Shown one piece after another: positions 51,101-64,000 of a DNA stretch of 64,000 bases. Each line of letters starts with the position of its first letter. Position 1 is the stretch's first letter. Source of the DNA: Ruditapes philippinarum (lineage: Eukaryota); assembly GCF_026571515.1 (NCBI RefSeq), contig NW_026866770.1, forward strand, positions 310,001 through 374,000, given 5' to 3'. The notes beneath the pieces were generated by a model, which made no database searches, was not told where the DNA came from, and saw only the letters and a program-made list of their open reading frames with translations. The position numbers and the translations under genes were made by a program.

Positions 51101-54100
51101 CTTGTCTTGCACTGCTGTTGGTGATGAATCTTGCCATTAAGAGTTTAGGCATCAGAATTGCAGCCACTGTTTGTCCCTAGTTGATGGTAAGAGGCGACTA
51201 AATGGGTTCGAAATACTGGAGTTTATGCATCTCTTGGCTCGAGCAAGCATGGTTGTTTTGATCCCTGGTGTTAAGTTTGAAGCATCTGAATTTAACCAAA
51301 ATAATCTTTCCTGTTTTAGAGCCATATGATCTAAATTGTGTTGGTGTGTCGTAAAACAAACAGGTGTGTCGTAAAACAAAGTAAAACAGGTGCCTGTTCA
51401 TGACTAAAATTATGCGTCAATGGGACCTTGAAATTATGCAACAACGCACACATGAAATTTTGCAACAAGGTGACCCTTAAGATTATGCAATCAGAGCACC
51501 TAAGCTTTGCTGCCATATGACTTATATTTTTAGTGTCACTTAAAACCCATGAAAACAAACTTATTGCTTCTAGTATAATATCATTCTCAAATTTTAAACA
51601 TGTTGTTTTTTTGTTAATTTAGGAGGAAACATTAGAAGAGACCGGATGGAAGCTTGTACATGGAGATGTATTCAGACCACCAAGATTTAATAAGTTGCTG
51701 GCCTCACTTCTTGGTGCTGGAATACAAGTCTTCTTTATGGCTATGATTACTGTTGGTAAGTAGAATACTGAAACACACAATAGTATTATGTGGATTATTT
51801 TCTATATTTAATTAGTCAAAGGTAAATGAGCACGTTTCAATGGTTGGAAGTTACAATTTTTCCCAAACTGTCAATAATTATAACTAAAAATTCAACTTTT
51901 TTCTGTTATTTAGACTGACTTTATCCCAATTTACCTAATTTTGTGTCTCAAAATATGCTTCTATTGGGCATACCTTGTACAAAAATTAATACAAAGGCTT
52001 ATTTGAAGTAACTTTTTGATACTTAATAGTATGTTGTAAATTCTTTTTACTAGATATCTATGTTTTTATGCTATGCTTTATGTTCAGAAGGTACTTTTTT
52101 ACATTTTCGAGTCAAATTGAATTGTTATAGAGCATAAAGTATGAAGAGCACTGAATTATTTGATACAGCTTTCTAGTTGATCTGTCTTATTATACAAATG
52201 ATATATAATATTGTCATATATAACAATAATTTCAGCATTTGCTATGTTGGGTATGTTATCACCAGCGTCTAGAGGGGCTCTCATGACTGCAGCACTATTC
52301 CTCTTTGTATTTATGGGGTAAGATCACCTTCTGATGTATCCAATTTCTATATGATTACCTAAGTATGATTGTAAAGGTCTTTTATCTATTATGTTCGACA
52401 TATTTAATTTAGCAGAATTCTGAAGTATTTTTTAAGTTTTTTAAACAATCGTTTATTTTATTTAATAAGCTGACTGTCACTGGTATTGTTGTTCAGAGTT
52501 TCTATTAGTGGAAATTCGGAAGTCATTCACTTCCTGACTTTGGTGAGTGACATCCAAAATGTCATGGTTGTCCTTCTTTACCTATATACATGTAATGTGT
52601 CTTCCACTGTCTGAGAGGTTGCAGTCTTTGACTTCAAAATTTTGAAATTTAATTGGAATTCTGGAACTTGTTAAAACAGTTTAGACTCAAACAATGAAAA
52701 ACAGACACTGAAGAAATAGAGCTAGTTATTACTTATTTTACAATTTTGAAATAACTTCTGAGCAGCTATGATTTTGATGTAATTGTTTAATCTGATAATC
52801 ATTTTCATTTCAATGTATATAAACTGTCTTTTTACAGGTTGATTGCAGGATATTTTGCTGCAAGAATTTACAAAACAATGAAAGGTACTCAATGGAAACA
52901 GTCCGCTTTACAGGTAATATATTAGGCTATATATAGTCCTCGTGTTTACAAGTTTCACGTAATTTCTGTCAATCTTAATTAGTTTTTGAGTGCTGTAGGG
53001 CTCAAAAATTACATATGCCGCCTGCATCAAGTCAGACTTGCCTGTATGTTTATGTAATATGACCTGATTGTTCTATCCATCATAATAAAAATTGACTTTT
53101 CCAAATTGAAGAAGCCCATTTATACAAGAGTTTGTCAGAAATTAATATGGTGAAAAGGCTTATTGAGTCTCATCGAAGAAAATTAAGCTAGTTTTTAAAA
53201 AAAAGTACCTTGATATCCAGTTTATTGAAATATTATCAATCATATGAGATTCTTCTGATGAATATTTCACTGGTATGAATAGATTATATGATGAAATATA
53301 TTGTTCAATGATTTAGATTGTTGTCATGAAATTTAAGCTTACAATAATACAATGCAATAATTTGTCACCATTAGGGGAGATATAATTACTTTTATAAACG
53401 ACTCTAGTCTAATTTTAAGACAAGTTCAAGACAACGGCAAAAGTTAATATTATTTGTGTTTCATTCCAGACTGCTACATTATACCCAGGACTTGTTTTTG
53501 GAATATGTTTTTTCCTGAACTTTTTCATCTGGGGCAAACATTCATCAGGAGCTGTACCATTTACAACAATGTTGGCTCTACTCTGTATGTGGTTTGGTAT
53601 TTCAGTGCCACTTGTGTTCCTAGGCTATTTCTTTGGGTTCAGAAAACAGGTGCGTATTTTAAGTATTTGAAGTATTATATCCCTGATAAGTTTCCCTGAA
53701 AATTCGTAATATTGCATAATGAGCATAATAATATGCAAAAACTTAAGTTGGTGAATTAACATATGGAAATAAAGGCCACAAACCACTCTTGATGGTGAAC
53801 TAGCTTTCCATTGATAGGATTTGTGTGTGTTAAAATGTAACAATTTTTTATGATAGTAAAAAAGTTTCAGTGGTGCATACCACAGGTGTATGACATTTGA
53901 CACAGTCTGTCTATAGGGTGCTACACAGATGTCAGGCATCAGTGTTTTATTGTTTCCTCATACTGTCCCTGCTTTTCATTTTAAGATGGGATGTCAGATC
54001 ATACAGTTTCCAGTTTTATCTCATGATCTAAGCCTTCTGTTACATTTACTGTCTTATTTTTCATAGCAACTGTATTTATTGACTGATATTTTACATATTT

Positions 54101-57100
54101 AGTGTGTGTGAATCTCCCACTGAACTATGTATGCCTTTGAGTGGAATTTCATATTGATTTGGTCAAGGTCACTGAAGCTTAATTTAGGTTTTAGGTTTTT
54201 CCTTCCTTTTATCTGCTGCTGGTAGGCCAGTGATTTTAATCTGTTAGATTAAAAGAATAATAGCCCCATGTTTGTTTAATTGTAAACTGTGATTTTGTAT
54301 TGTAACATTGTTGACACAATAAACAATTATCATTTCAGAAAATATATGTCTTAAGATGATGCAATTCTTGTTAATGGTTGTTAAAAAGATTATTTTTTAA
54401 CAGATGTCATTATTTTCTGTTACAGGCATATCAGCATCCTGTTAGAACCAATCAAATTCCAAGACAAGTTCCTGAACAAGCCTGGTATATGTCACCAGGT
54501 CTCAGGTTAGATATTTACTATATTTCTGTTGAACATATGAATACATTAAGTTTTATTTTTGTACAGTTTTTAGCTCGACTATTCGATAAGAATAAGTAGA
54601 GCTATTGCAGTCACCCGAGCGTCGGCGTCACCACTTATGTTAAAGTTTTTGTAATAGTTCAAATATTTTCATAGTCCATTGACATTTGGCTTTGAAACTT
54701 TGCACACTTGTTCACCATCATGACCCCAACCTGTAGACAGGAGGAGGTAACTCTATCAAGCATTTTGACAGAATTATGCCCCTTTTTCGACTTAGAATTT
54801 ACGTTAAAGTTTTTGTAATAGTTCAAATATTTTCAAAGTCCATTGACATATGGCTTTGAAACTTTGCACACTTGTTCACCATCATGACCCCAACCTGTAG
54901 ACAAAAGGAGGTAACTCTATCAAGCATTTTGACAGAATTATGCCCCTTTTTAGACTTAGAATTTACGTTAAAGTTTTTGTAATCGTTCAAATATTTTCAA
55001 AGTCCATTGACCTATGGCTTTGAAACTTTGCACACTTGTTCACCATCATGACCCCAACCTGTAGACAGGAGGAGGTAACTCTATCAAGCATTTTGACAGA
55101 ATTATGCCCCTTTTTCGACTTAGAATTTACGTTAAAGTTTTTGTAATAGTTCAAATATTTTCAAAGTCCATTGATATATGGCTTTGAAACTTTGCACACT
55201 TGTTCACCATCATGACCCCAACCTGTAAACAGGAGGAGGTAACTGTATCAGGCATTTTTTTTACTATCAAGCACGAAGAATAGTCGAGCGTTGCTGTCCT
55301 ACCGACAGCTCTTGTTAGCTCAAGCTATTGTTCTTGCCCACGTGTCAGCATCACACTTTCATAGGTTCAAGTTTTTAGGCATTTGACTAAAGTTCCGCTT
55401 TTTTTCTACTTGTGAAAGATTCTTTTTCCATATAGAACTGATTGAAGAGTTAAAGGCCCATTATGCCTCACAACTGGTGTCAATTTTATTTCTGAAAACC
55501 TTTTTATTTATGGTATCTTCTTACATGGTACGAAAAAATATTTCTTTGCAATATAAAAGAACTTTTTTTTTTGCTACTTTTGCTCTGTTGGCAATTGGTA
55601 TGATTTAAGTGAATCAGCATTTTGTATGGAAGTTAAAATACTACTTTGTTTACATTTTGCTATTTTTGCAACACATTACTGCACATTCAGCGATACTTTC
55701 TTCAGTTGTTATACCTGTTTAAATGTTCTTAATCCATTATCAAAGCATTATTAAACAAATGTTTGACATTTCTAAAGAATTTGCTTTGAGTGATTTATCA
55801 TATTTACTAATAATTTTGTTGTAAATTTCAGCATCTTGATGGCAGGTATTTTACCATTCGGAGCTATGTTCATTGAACTGTTCTTCATCTTTACAGTGAG
55901 TGTTATCTCCCTTGATATATGTTTGAGATAAATTTAGTCAAGATTTCTTAATTTATTGTTGAAATATTTTTATTTCTCTATGAAATTTTCTTTTTATGCC
56001 CCCACAATGTGGGAGCATATAGCGTTGCACTTGTCCGTCCGTCAGTCCGTCCGTCCGTATGTCCAGAAATCTTGTGAACGCAACTCCTCTTAAACCGGAT
56101 AGCAGAATTTGCTTAAACTTACAGAGATGAACAACCTTAATGTGTAGATGGTAGTAAAGGAAGGAATTTTCGCTGCGACCAAATTTAACAGAAGTATGGC
56201 CCTTTGTTGATTTTTTCACTAGATACTATGTAGAAATTTTGTGAACGCAACTCCTCTTATACGGATGGCAGATTTTGCTTAAACTTCCAGGGATGAACAA
56301 CCTTAATGTGTAGATGGTAGTAAAGGAAGGAATTTTCGATGCGACCAAATTTTACAGAATTATGGCCCTTTGTTGATTTTTTCACTATATACTATGTAGA
56401 AATTTTGTGAACGCAACTCCTCTTAAACTGGATGGCAGATTTTGCTTAAACTTACAGGGATGAACAACCTTAAGGTGAAGATGGAAGTAAAGGAAGGAAT
56501 TTTCGCTGCGACCAAATTTTACAGAATTATGGCCCTTTGTTGATTTTTTTCACTATATACTATGTTGAAATTTTGTGAACGCAACTCCTCTTAAACCGGC
56601 TGGCAGATTTTGCTTAAACTTCCAGGGATTAACAACCTCAATAAGTAGATTGTAGTTAAGGAAGGAATTTATGCTGCGACCAAATTTAACAGAATTATGG
56701 ACCTTTGTTGATTTTTAGTTTTCAACTTGTGGCACATGTAGTCCAAAAAATATTTGACCTAGAGTCATAAGATTGACAGAACAGTGGCGTGTTGGGGCAT
56801 CTGTGTCCTTTGGACACATTTCTAGTTTTTATGTAATTCTGACTTTTATATTTCACACAACAGACAAATTTATAAGTTTAATCCTATTGCTTGATGTATA
56901 TTTTTGAACCACTATAATTTTGATTGCTTAAACATTGTCGGCACTTAACATATGTGTACATATATATTTTATTTTCAGGCAATCTGGGAGAACCAGTTCT
57001 ACTATCTGTTTGGTTTCTTGTTTCTAGTGTTTGTCATTCTCATAATTTCTGTATCACAAATCTCTATTGTGATGGTATACTTCCAGTTATGTGGCGAGGT

Positions 57101-60100
57101 AAGCTATTCCATTTTCTTTGCATTTTTTCACCATTGTTTGCTGTTCAGTCAGTACATGTTATGAAATGTCCCCTAAAAATAATGAATGGTTTTGTCTAGT
57201 TTGAATGATGGGCAAGTCCATTTAAGATATTTAGCATAGTATGGGTAAAGCTTGAGTTTTTCTCATTAGGAATTCTGAAGTTACTTAATATATTGCAAAG
57301 GTATGGCCTAAAACAAATCGATTTTTAAAGATCATTTTCAGAAAGCTTTGAAATGAATTTTTTTTTTTTGAATAAGAAAAATAATTTTAAGTGGTTTATC
57401 ATGATATATGATGATATAATGATAAAAAGTAAGCTAAAAATAGCATGCCTCTTCACTTCCATAGATAAATTACCTAGATTATTACAATAGAATTTAATAG
57501 TGATCTGTTTTTGCAGTTAGTTTAAAGTTAACCATACTTTCTAAAACTTTAAAGTTTGTTGAAATATTGCAGTTATACACATGGTATACATGCTTTTTTC
57601 TCAATCATACTCATTTATTACATGCTTTTCGGTGGTTTATAGAAATATATCAGTGACATAAAACTGGTAATTTCACTGTTTGAAACAGTGAAATTACCAC
57701 TTTGATAATTTCACTGTTTTGAATTTAAGCCCCTTACGTTGTTTCTGTGAAATACCAGCGTGCACAGTACTGGGTACCAACTTAATAACGTGACGTCGTA
57801 AATGACGTCACGTTGTATTATTATTTGGCGCGCTTTTCATTCAGTTATAGGTTTTATGTCTTTTTAATACGTTTCTTTGCATATAATAAAAAGAAAATTT
57901 GTTTAGTTTAGTGTAAGATCGAAATATATTTCACCTTGTGAACACCAAAAGTTCATATTTCACTCGTGGCTGTGCCACTCGTGAAATATACCTTTTGGTG
58001 CTCACTCGGTGAAATATATTCCGATCTTACACTGAACTAAACAAATATCCTCTATCTATTTCATGTTATCTATTTATACAGGACTATCACTGGTGGTGGA
58101 GATCGTTCATCGTGTCTGGAGGTTCAGCTGTTTATATATTTGCATATTCTATATTCTACTTCATGACAAAGGTAGGTTACAAAATCTGTCCGACTCTTGT
58201 TTAATCCCGTCCAGCCGCACAACATTTCTTAAGCAGTAGCTGTGCTTCCTAAATTGAGTGTCCACTAGATATAGAAAATACATAGAAATGTTATACATAC
58301 AAGTTGCAAATTGCCTTACAAAAAATCTGGAGAAAGTGTGATCTCTCAAAAGCAGTAATCACAACAAAATTACATGAATATTGCAGAAGTCATATTTTGC
58401 TTGTTTGGGTTAATTTTCGGCGCCTTGGGTCAAGATTGGACTTAAACTTTGAAATAGAAACAGAGATGTTAACAATAATTTTTGCTAATATTGAACAGGA
58501 AATTTGTAAAACTTATTGATTTAATACAATAATTTGAAAAATAGGGAGAGCTATTGTACTCACCAAGGCGTCTGCATCACAATTTGGTTAAGTTTTTGTG
58601 TGCAAGTTGTTGTCTTCAAAACTATTAAAGGGAAATGGTAAAAACATCACACACTTATTAGAGTGCATAATAGGTCACTATCTAAGGTCCATAACTCTAT
58701 TGTAATTTTTATGCCCCCACAATGTGGGAGCATATAGCGTTGCACTTGTCCGTCCGTCAGTCCGTCCGTCCATACGTCCCGAAATCTTGTGAACGCAACT
58801 CCTCTTAAACCGGATGTCAGATTTTGCTTAAACTTACAGGGATGAACAACCTTAATGTGTAGATGGTAGTAAAGGAAGGAATTTTTGCTGCGACCAAATT
58901 TAACAGAATTATGGCCCTTTGTTGATTTTTTCACTAGCTACTATGTAGAAATTTTGTGAACACAACTCCTCTTAAACCGGATGGCAGATTTTGCTTAAAC
59001 TTACAGGGATGAACAACCTTAATGTGTAGATGGTAGTAATGGAAGGAATTTTTGCTGCGACCAAATTTAACAGAATTATGGCCCTTTGTTGATTTTTTCA
59101 CTATATACTATGTAGAAATATTGTGAAGCAACTCCTCTTAAACTGGATGGCAGATTTTGCTCTAACTTACAGGGATGAACAACCTTAATCTGTAGATGGT
59201 AGTAAAGGAAGGAATTTTTGCTGCGACCAAATTTAAAAGAATTATGGCCCTTTGTTGATTTTTTCACTATATACTATGTAGAAATTTTGTGAATGCAACT
59301 CCTCTTAAACCGGATGGCAGATTTTGCTTAAACTTCCAGGGATTAACAACCTTAATGTGTTGATGGCAGTAAAGGAAGGAATTTTTGCTGCAACCAAATT
59401 TAACAGAATTATGGCCCTTTGTTGATTTTTTCATTAATTACTATGTAGAAATTATGTGAACGCAACTCCTCTTAAACCGGATGGCAGATTTTGCTTAAAC
59501 TTCCAGGGATTAACAACCTTAATGTATAGATGGTAGTAAAGAAAGGAATTTTTGCTGCGAACAAATTTAACAGAATTATGGCTCTTTGTTGATTTTTAGT
59601 TTCAACTTGTGGCACATGTAGTCCAAAAAATATTTGACCTAGAGTCATAAGATTGACAGAACAGTGGCGTGTGGGGGCATCAGTGTCCTATGGACACATT
59701 TCTAGTTGAAAGAATTATGGCCCTTTTTAAACTTGGAAAATTCTACATTATCCAGGCTATCAAGTACTGGGAATAGTGGAGCATGCTGTCTTACCGATAG
59801 TGCTTGTTTTAATGCAGGTCATTTTGTTGTATTTGTTGAGAGATAAGAATGATCATTAAAGTCTTAAAAAGTTACTAGATCTGAAACAAATGTTATGTAA
59901 ATTTTAACACATTGAAGGACTTAAAACTTTAATTTTCATAACAGTTATAATAAAATTTGTTTTTGTTCTTTTTCAGTTGGAGATCACAGCTTTTGTATCA
60001 ACACTGTTGTATTTCGGTTACACATTGTTGATGGTGCTGACATTCTGGTTGTTAACCGGAAGTGTAGGTTTCTATGCGGCTTACTGGTTCATCCGTAAAA

Positions 60101-60126
60101 TATACAGTGCCATCAAGATCGATTAA
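42166..60126 (+). CDS. TM9SF4: Transmembrane 9 superfamily member 4 (nonaspanin), ~630 aa, 19 coding exons
   Basis: Exons 42166-42177, 44179-44292, 45104-45206, 46198-46241, 46735-46856, 47311-47413, 48144-48199, 48908-49047, 49909-50061, 50805-50875, 51623-51755, 52236-52317, 52838-52913, 53470-53649, 54426-54505, 55832-55895, 56979-57098, 58082-58171, 59977-60126 (1893 nt, all GT-AG). Motifs [86 protein letters not shown]-terminal KID. Confidence 0.95.
42597..43208. mobile_element. MITE with TA TSD in TM9SF4 intron 1
   Basis: TA|CTGGTTGGGGACCACC ... GATGGTCTCCGACCAG|TA. Confidence 0.7.
47441..47603. mobile_element. Short palindromic element just downstream of TM9SF4 exon 6
   Basis: CCGTAGGTACAAACAAA ... 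TTTGTTTGTACCTACGG inverted repeat. Confidence 0.65.
48650..48885. mobile_element. Palindromic MITE copy 5
   Basis: Near-perfect copy ending 22 nt before the exon 8 start. Confidence 0.92.
54567..55316 (+). mobile_element. Helentron/HINE-like non-autonomous element with 164-bp internal satellite (~3.8 units)
   Basis: Subterminal inverted repeats GCTCGACTATTC / GAATAGTCGAGC, 3' hairpin GCTGTC...GACAGC, T-rich ends. Units start at 54639, 54803, 54967 and 55131. Confidence 0.8.
55991..56827 (+). mobile_element. Helentron/HINE-like element, family 2, ~4 x 167-bp units
   Basis: ATGCCCC / GGGGCAT subTIRs, (GTCC)n microsatellite, 3' hairpin TGTGTCC-TTT-GGACACA, CTAGTT end. Confidence 0.85.
58706..59707 (+). 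mobile_element. Helentron/HINE-like element, family 2, ~5 x 167-bp units, nested in an older family-1-like element (~58535-59810)
   Basis: Near-identical head and tail to 55991-56827. Flanks resemble the 54567 element (GAGCTATTGTACTCACC ... GAATAGTGGAGCATGCTGTC). Confidence 0.85.
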
Positions 60127-61770
60127 CCCTGTAAAGGACATCTAGGACTTTTTTAACAAATTCTCCTTCATTTTGACTTAGTAGTGCACACACAGTGTCA
60201 ATCCCGTATTAGCAGTCTTTTATAGATAATAGCCATCAGTGAAAAATAGATGTTCCACGGTGATCGAGGTGGCGAAAAAGACAATATTGTACATAATGAA
60301 GATTTCGTTGAGGGTTTGAACCATATTATGGTATTGTTGGAATGAAATCCTCAGCAAAAAGGAGATTTTGTGATATCACTGGGATTTATATCAACCTTTC
60401 AGTTGTATTCTTTCATAAGGTGATACAAACATTCTTGCGAAAAACAACTGTTTCTTGTCATACATGGGCCAGCATTTACACATATCGTCAATCGTGTTTC
60501 AGCAAATAAGAATAAAGTGGCATCACATAGTTATCATGTAAGGAATTTACATGAGAAATTTGAAGTTGCATCACTGTGATTTCCAGAATGACTGCTAATT
60601 CGGGCTCGACATTTTTTAGTTCCATTCCCTTTTTTTTTGCTGTTTAACCATAAACTTGTGTATTACAGTTTGTGGACGAACACTTAATTTTGTTTCATTT
60701 GTAAATGAAGCAGTGTGGGGGACTAAACAGTGCTTTTGGGTTCAAAGTTATAAAGATAACGCTAGAGTTGTATAAACAATGGGTTTGATTTGGAGGGTTC
60801 TTTTATATTCCAAGATGGTTCAGAGATAATAATGTGATAAAGTGTGTTATTTGTTTATGTGTGCGATATGATTAATTCCAGAAATGTCATGCGTATGGCA
60901 GAAAATTAGTGTGAAATGTCTGTTGTTTTGAAAATTAGAGATTTTTGTGCTTTTTACTGCAAGAAAGAAATCATCGTTAATGTCTTGCCATAATGTGAAT
61001 ACAATTTAATTTAACAAATTGGATGAAGTTGGAAAAAAAATAATCTAGGAAAAACAAAAAAACTTGGCCAACACTTTTGATTTGAAGAAACAACTTGGCC
61101 AACACTTTCGATTTGAAGAAACAGATGTAAAATTTTTTAGGTTTGTAAAGTAATTTGAAAAACTTTCAATCCTCAAGATATGTGTAGCAGTTCAAAAAAA
61201 AAATGTGATTTGTAAAGTTTTCTAGGTATGTATAATATTTTGAAAAAATCTCAAGGATTTTTAAGCAATTAGAAAAAGAAATTGTGATTTAATATACTCT
61301 AAGTACGTAAAGTATTTCGGAAAAATAGAAATTGTGATGTATTTTTTTCTATGTATGTCGAATAATTTTGAGAGAGAAAAAGAATGTGACGTAAAATATT
61401 GGTTTGTACATAACGGTCATCTTGGCATTTAAGCATATTGTATGTGTTAAGTAATAAATCATAAAGCATCTTACATAATAACTGAAAATACAGTTGAAAA
61501 AATCTCATGTGATACCTTTTATGTACTTTGTGCTGTTGTGTTTTTATTGTTATTTTTTTAATATATTTTTGAGAAAGGAAAATTTTGTGTGACTAATAAT
61601 AAATTATTTCCTGAATATTTACCTGCTTGTGTATGAAACATACATAAGTATTGGCAGAAAAGAAAAGCAACTGATCCTTAATGTAATAATGTTTTAACCC
61701 TTATTTTGCTGAAACTTAAAAGTGATTAGTCTTTGTGACCCCCGTATAAAGCCAGTCTAGCTTGCACATC

Positions 61771-62070
61771 CTGGTAAGCTCAATAGGTAGAGCGTTTGAC
61801 TGTGAATCGGGCGACCCGGGTTCGATTCCCGGACGGCGCAGATCACTTTCATTGTGATTGATCATGAAATTATTTCTACGGTCATTCACACTGTGCCTCT
61901 GCTCTGGCATGTACAGAAGTAATCAGTTCCTTGGGAAAGTAAAGGCAACTAGTACTGGTCAACTGCTTGACAGCCTGCCCAGAAACGATGCGATGGCTGA
62001 ACTATGCTTTGGTAAATTCAGTGTGGCTCACTGCTGTGATCCGGAGTGAAAACTACCAACACCATCACCA
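61771..62070 (+). mobile_element. tRNA-derived SINE (His-like GTG loop), inserted in a MITE-like element (~61694-62213)
   Basis: A-box AGCTCAATAGGTAGAGC, B-box GGGTTCGATTCCC, conserved body GATCATGAAATTATTTCTACGGTCATTC (resembles, from memory, the MetaSINE central domain), (CAC/CAA)n tail. Confidence 0.8.
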
Positions 62071-63329
62071 TCCATGTAGTCTGGCCAGGCTCCATACTGT
62101 TGGCTAACTAACTTTAAATTTTCATCTTCATATCCCCAAAATTGACAATAGACAGTCCAAGAAATGGAAGCTGGTCAAGTCCATTTAAGAAATTTAGCCA
62201 TTTAAAATGTTAAATACTTTGGGAGGGGCTCTCTGTGGCCAGGTGGTTACTTATAATTTCAGACTTTTGAGTCACTGTTCCTAAGTTATAGCAGGAGAAA
62301 GTTTCCTCAATAAAATTCAGCTGGCTGAGGGTTTAACCTGAACAAAATATAAAAAAAAACATGAGTAATATATCTAGGGTGTATGCTGTCATTCATGATG
62401 ATTTTCTAGCTCTAAGTCAAGCTATTTTGATTGCTGATTTCTTTTCATCATTGTGGTGCAAAAACTTTTATGTAGCCCATTATTTAAACATTTTATAAAG
62501 TATCAACTTGAAACTTGGAAGCAATAGTTTAAGGTGTTATGTCCCCTTTTAACTTAGCATATTTCTAAAAATTGGTTATTGATTGTCATTAACAGTAACA
62601 GGTGAGCGTTAACACAGCATGCGGTGCTCTTGTTCAAGAAAATACAATCTTCAAACAAGTTGTGTTATTTACAAATGTATATATTTAAATCCTTCCATTG
62701 AAAACTGTGTATATACTTCACACCTATGAATTCCATATTACTAACCTTATTAAGTGTGTACATGTGATTTCAAAATGGCGAAATGAAAGTGTGAATGCGT
62801 GGTGAACTTTCTGTACTTAACTGACCATATCTATCGTTACAAATGAAAGCTTTTGATTGTTACAATTGAAATATCTTCAGAAATTGATTTGTTTTATCAT
62901 GCATTAAGGTATGGCTTGTCATATAGGTGATTTCTTTAGTCATACTGGTGATTTCTTTATTACATTAGCTGCAGTAGTGGATTTTATGACATATTGTCTT
63001 TGTGTTAGGTGATTTTACATGGGCTAGTTCAAGATATTCATATCTTTCATATTTTTCAAAAATTGATCGTCACCTCACCTTAGTGCAATAACTGGTTAAC
63101 TCCTGTTAAATTAAGAAGGACTTAACCCATTACTGCACTAAGGGGACAAGATGTCAGGTTTTGGCCAGGGAAGTAAAGAAAGTTCACAATATTAAGGCGG
63201 TTTACTAACTTTTTATTTATTATCTAATTATGTATGAGGGTTTGAACAATTTAGTGCTTGGTAAAAGTACATTAGTTAATGTATGTATGTACACCAGTGT
63301 ATTATTTGCACATTAGTTAAAAGTACATA

Positions 63330-63552
63330 TGAGCCGCGTCATGACAAAAACAACATAGTGCGTTTGCGACCAGCATGGATCCAGACCAGCCTGCGCATCC
63401 GTGCAGTCTGATCAGGATCCATGCTGTTCGCTTACAAACACTATAACAAGTAGAGAAATTGATAGCGAACAGCATGGATCCTGATCAGACTGCCTGGATG
63501 CACATGCTGGTCTGGATCCATGCTGGTTGCAAACCCATTATGTTGGTTTTGT
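63330..63552. mobile_element. Palindromic MITE copy 6 (3' truncated)
   Basis: Same family as 3754-3990. Confidence 0.85.
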
Positions 63553-64000
63553 ACAGCAGTGTATTATTTTCATGTGATGTACTATTGATGCACAATAGGT
63601 ATTCTATATATTGACTCTGTTTTTATTACCGTAATTATCATCTGAAACATTTTACGATCATTTATATGCGAGCATGAAATAAAATTTCAGAGTTTCGAGT
63701 GTATAAAGCTTGCAACTTTATGTTCGAATTTTTTCCTGTTGTTTTGTATTGTTTGTGTGAGATCTTTATGAAATTGATTTGTTGCGATGTATATTATTAA
63801 GAATAATACGAAGTATGTTGTTAAGAATATTGCGAGTTTGTGTTGTTCGGTTAATAGGTTTTATTTTTTAAAAATATTCGAGGGACATTAAAGTTTATGT
63901 CACATTTAAACATAAATAAGAGTATATTAACGGAGGGTAAGTAGTGTAAGAAATGGTATTGTGTACTTTTTTTCTTCCTATGCACATTTAATACAACAGT

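Noticed and set aside
53735-53960. Hairpins in TM9SF4 introns as possible H/ACA snoRNA or miRNA (also ~45730-45780)
   Set aside because: Pairing is short or imperfect and the boxes are not convincingly placed; cannot be supported without folding or expression data.
55953-59267. MKKSTKGH... ORFs
   Set aside because: Antisense translations of the 167-bp satellite units.
61771-61845. Possible tRNA-His gene
   Set aside because: No convincing acceptor stem or poly-T terminator; it continues into a SINE body.

Overview
AT-rich animal genomic DNA with spliceosomal introns and two N-gaps (6265-6398, 14468-14730). The repeat complement (palindromic MITEs, Helentron/HINE-like elements carrying satellite arrays, tRNA-derived SINEs) and divergent nAChR-like paralogs suggest a bivalve mollusc (inference). 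I assembled the gene models by hand from splice signals and reading-frame phase. (1) A secreted low-complexity protein with a single coding exon (5523-6140, -). (2) A 5-exon secreted C-type-lectin + PAN/apple-like gene (9378-20054, +) that needs a GC-AG intron. (3) A cluster of three atypical Cys-loop ligand-gated ion channel (nAChR-like) genes (21355-25228 -, 26775-28310 + intronless, 34015-37365 +). (4) An intronless orphan ORF with PP1-docking-like motifs (41229-41792, -), head-to-head with (5) a 19-exon TM9SF4 (42166-60126, +). The best candidate for an undescribed system is the channel cluster. All three keep the Cys-loop and M2 gate but have lost most of the acetylcholine-binding aromatic box and the loop-C vicinal cysteines. 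They share an unusual M2 (Q16'/T17'), differ at the -1' selectivity position, carry Cys/basic post-M3 motifs, share no intron positions, and two are head-to-head. This recalls cephalopod chemotactile receptors. No computation or database search was run; family calls are from motif recognition.
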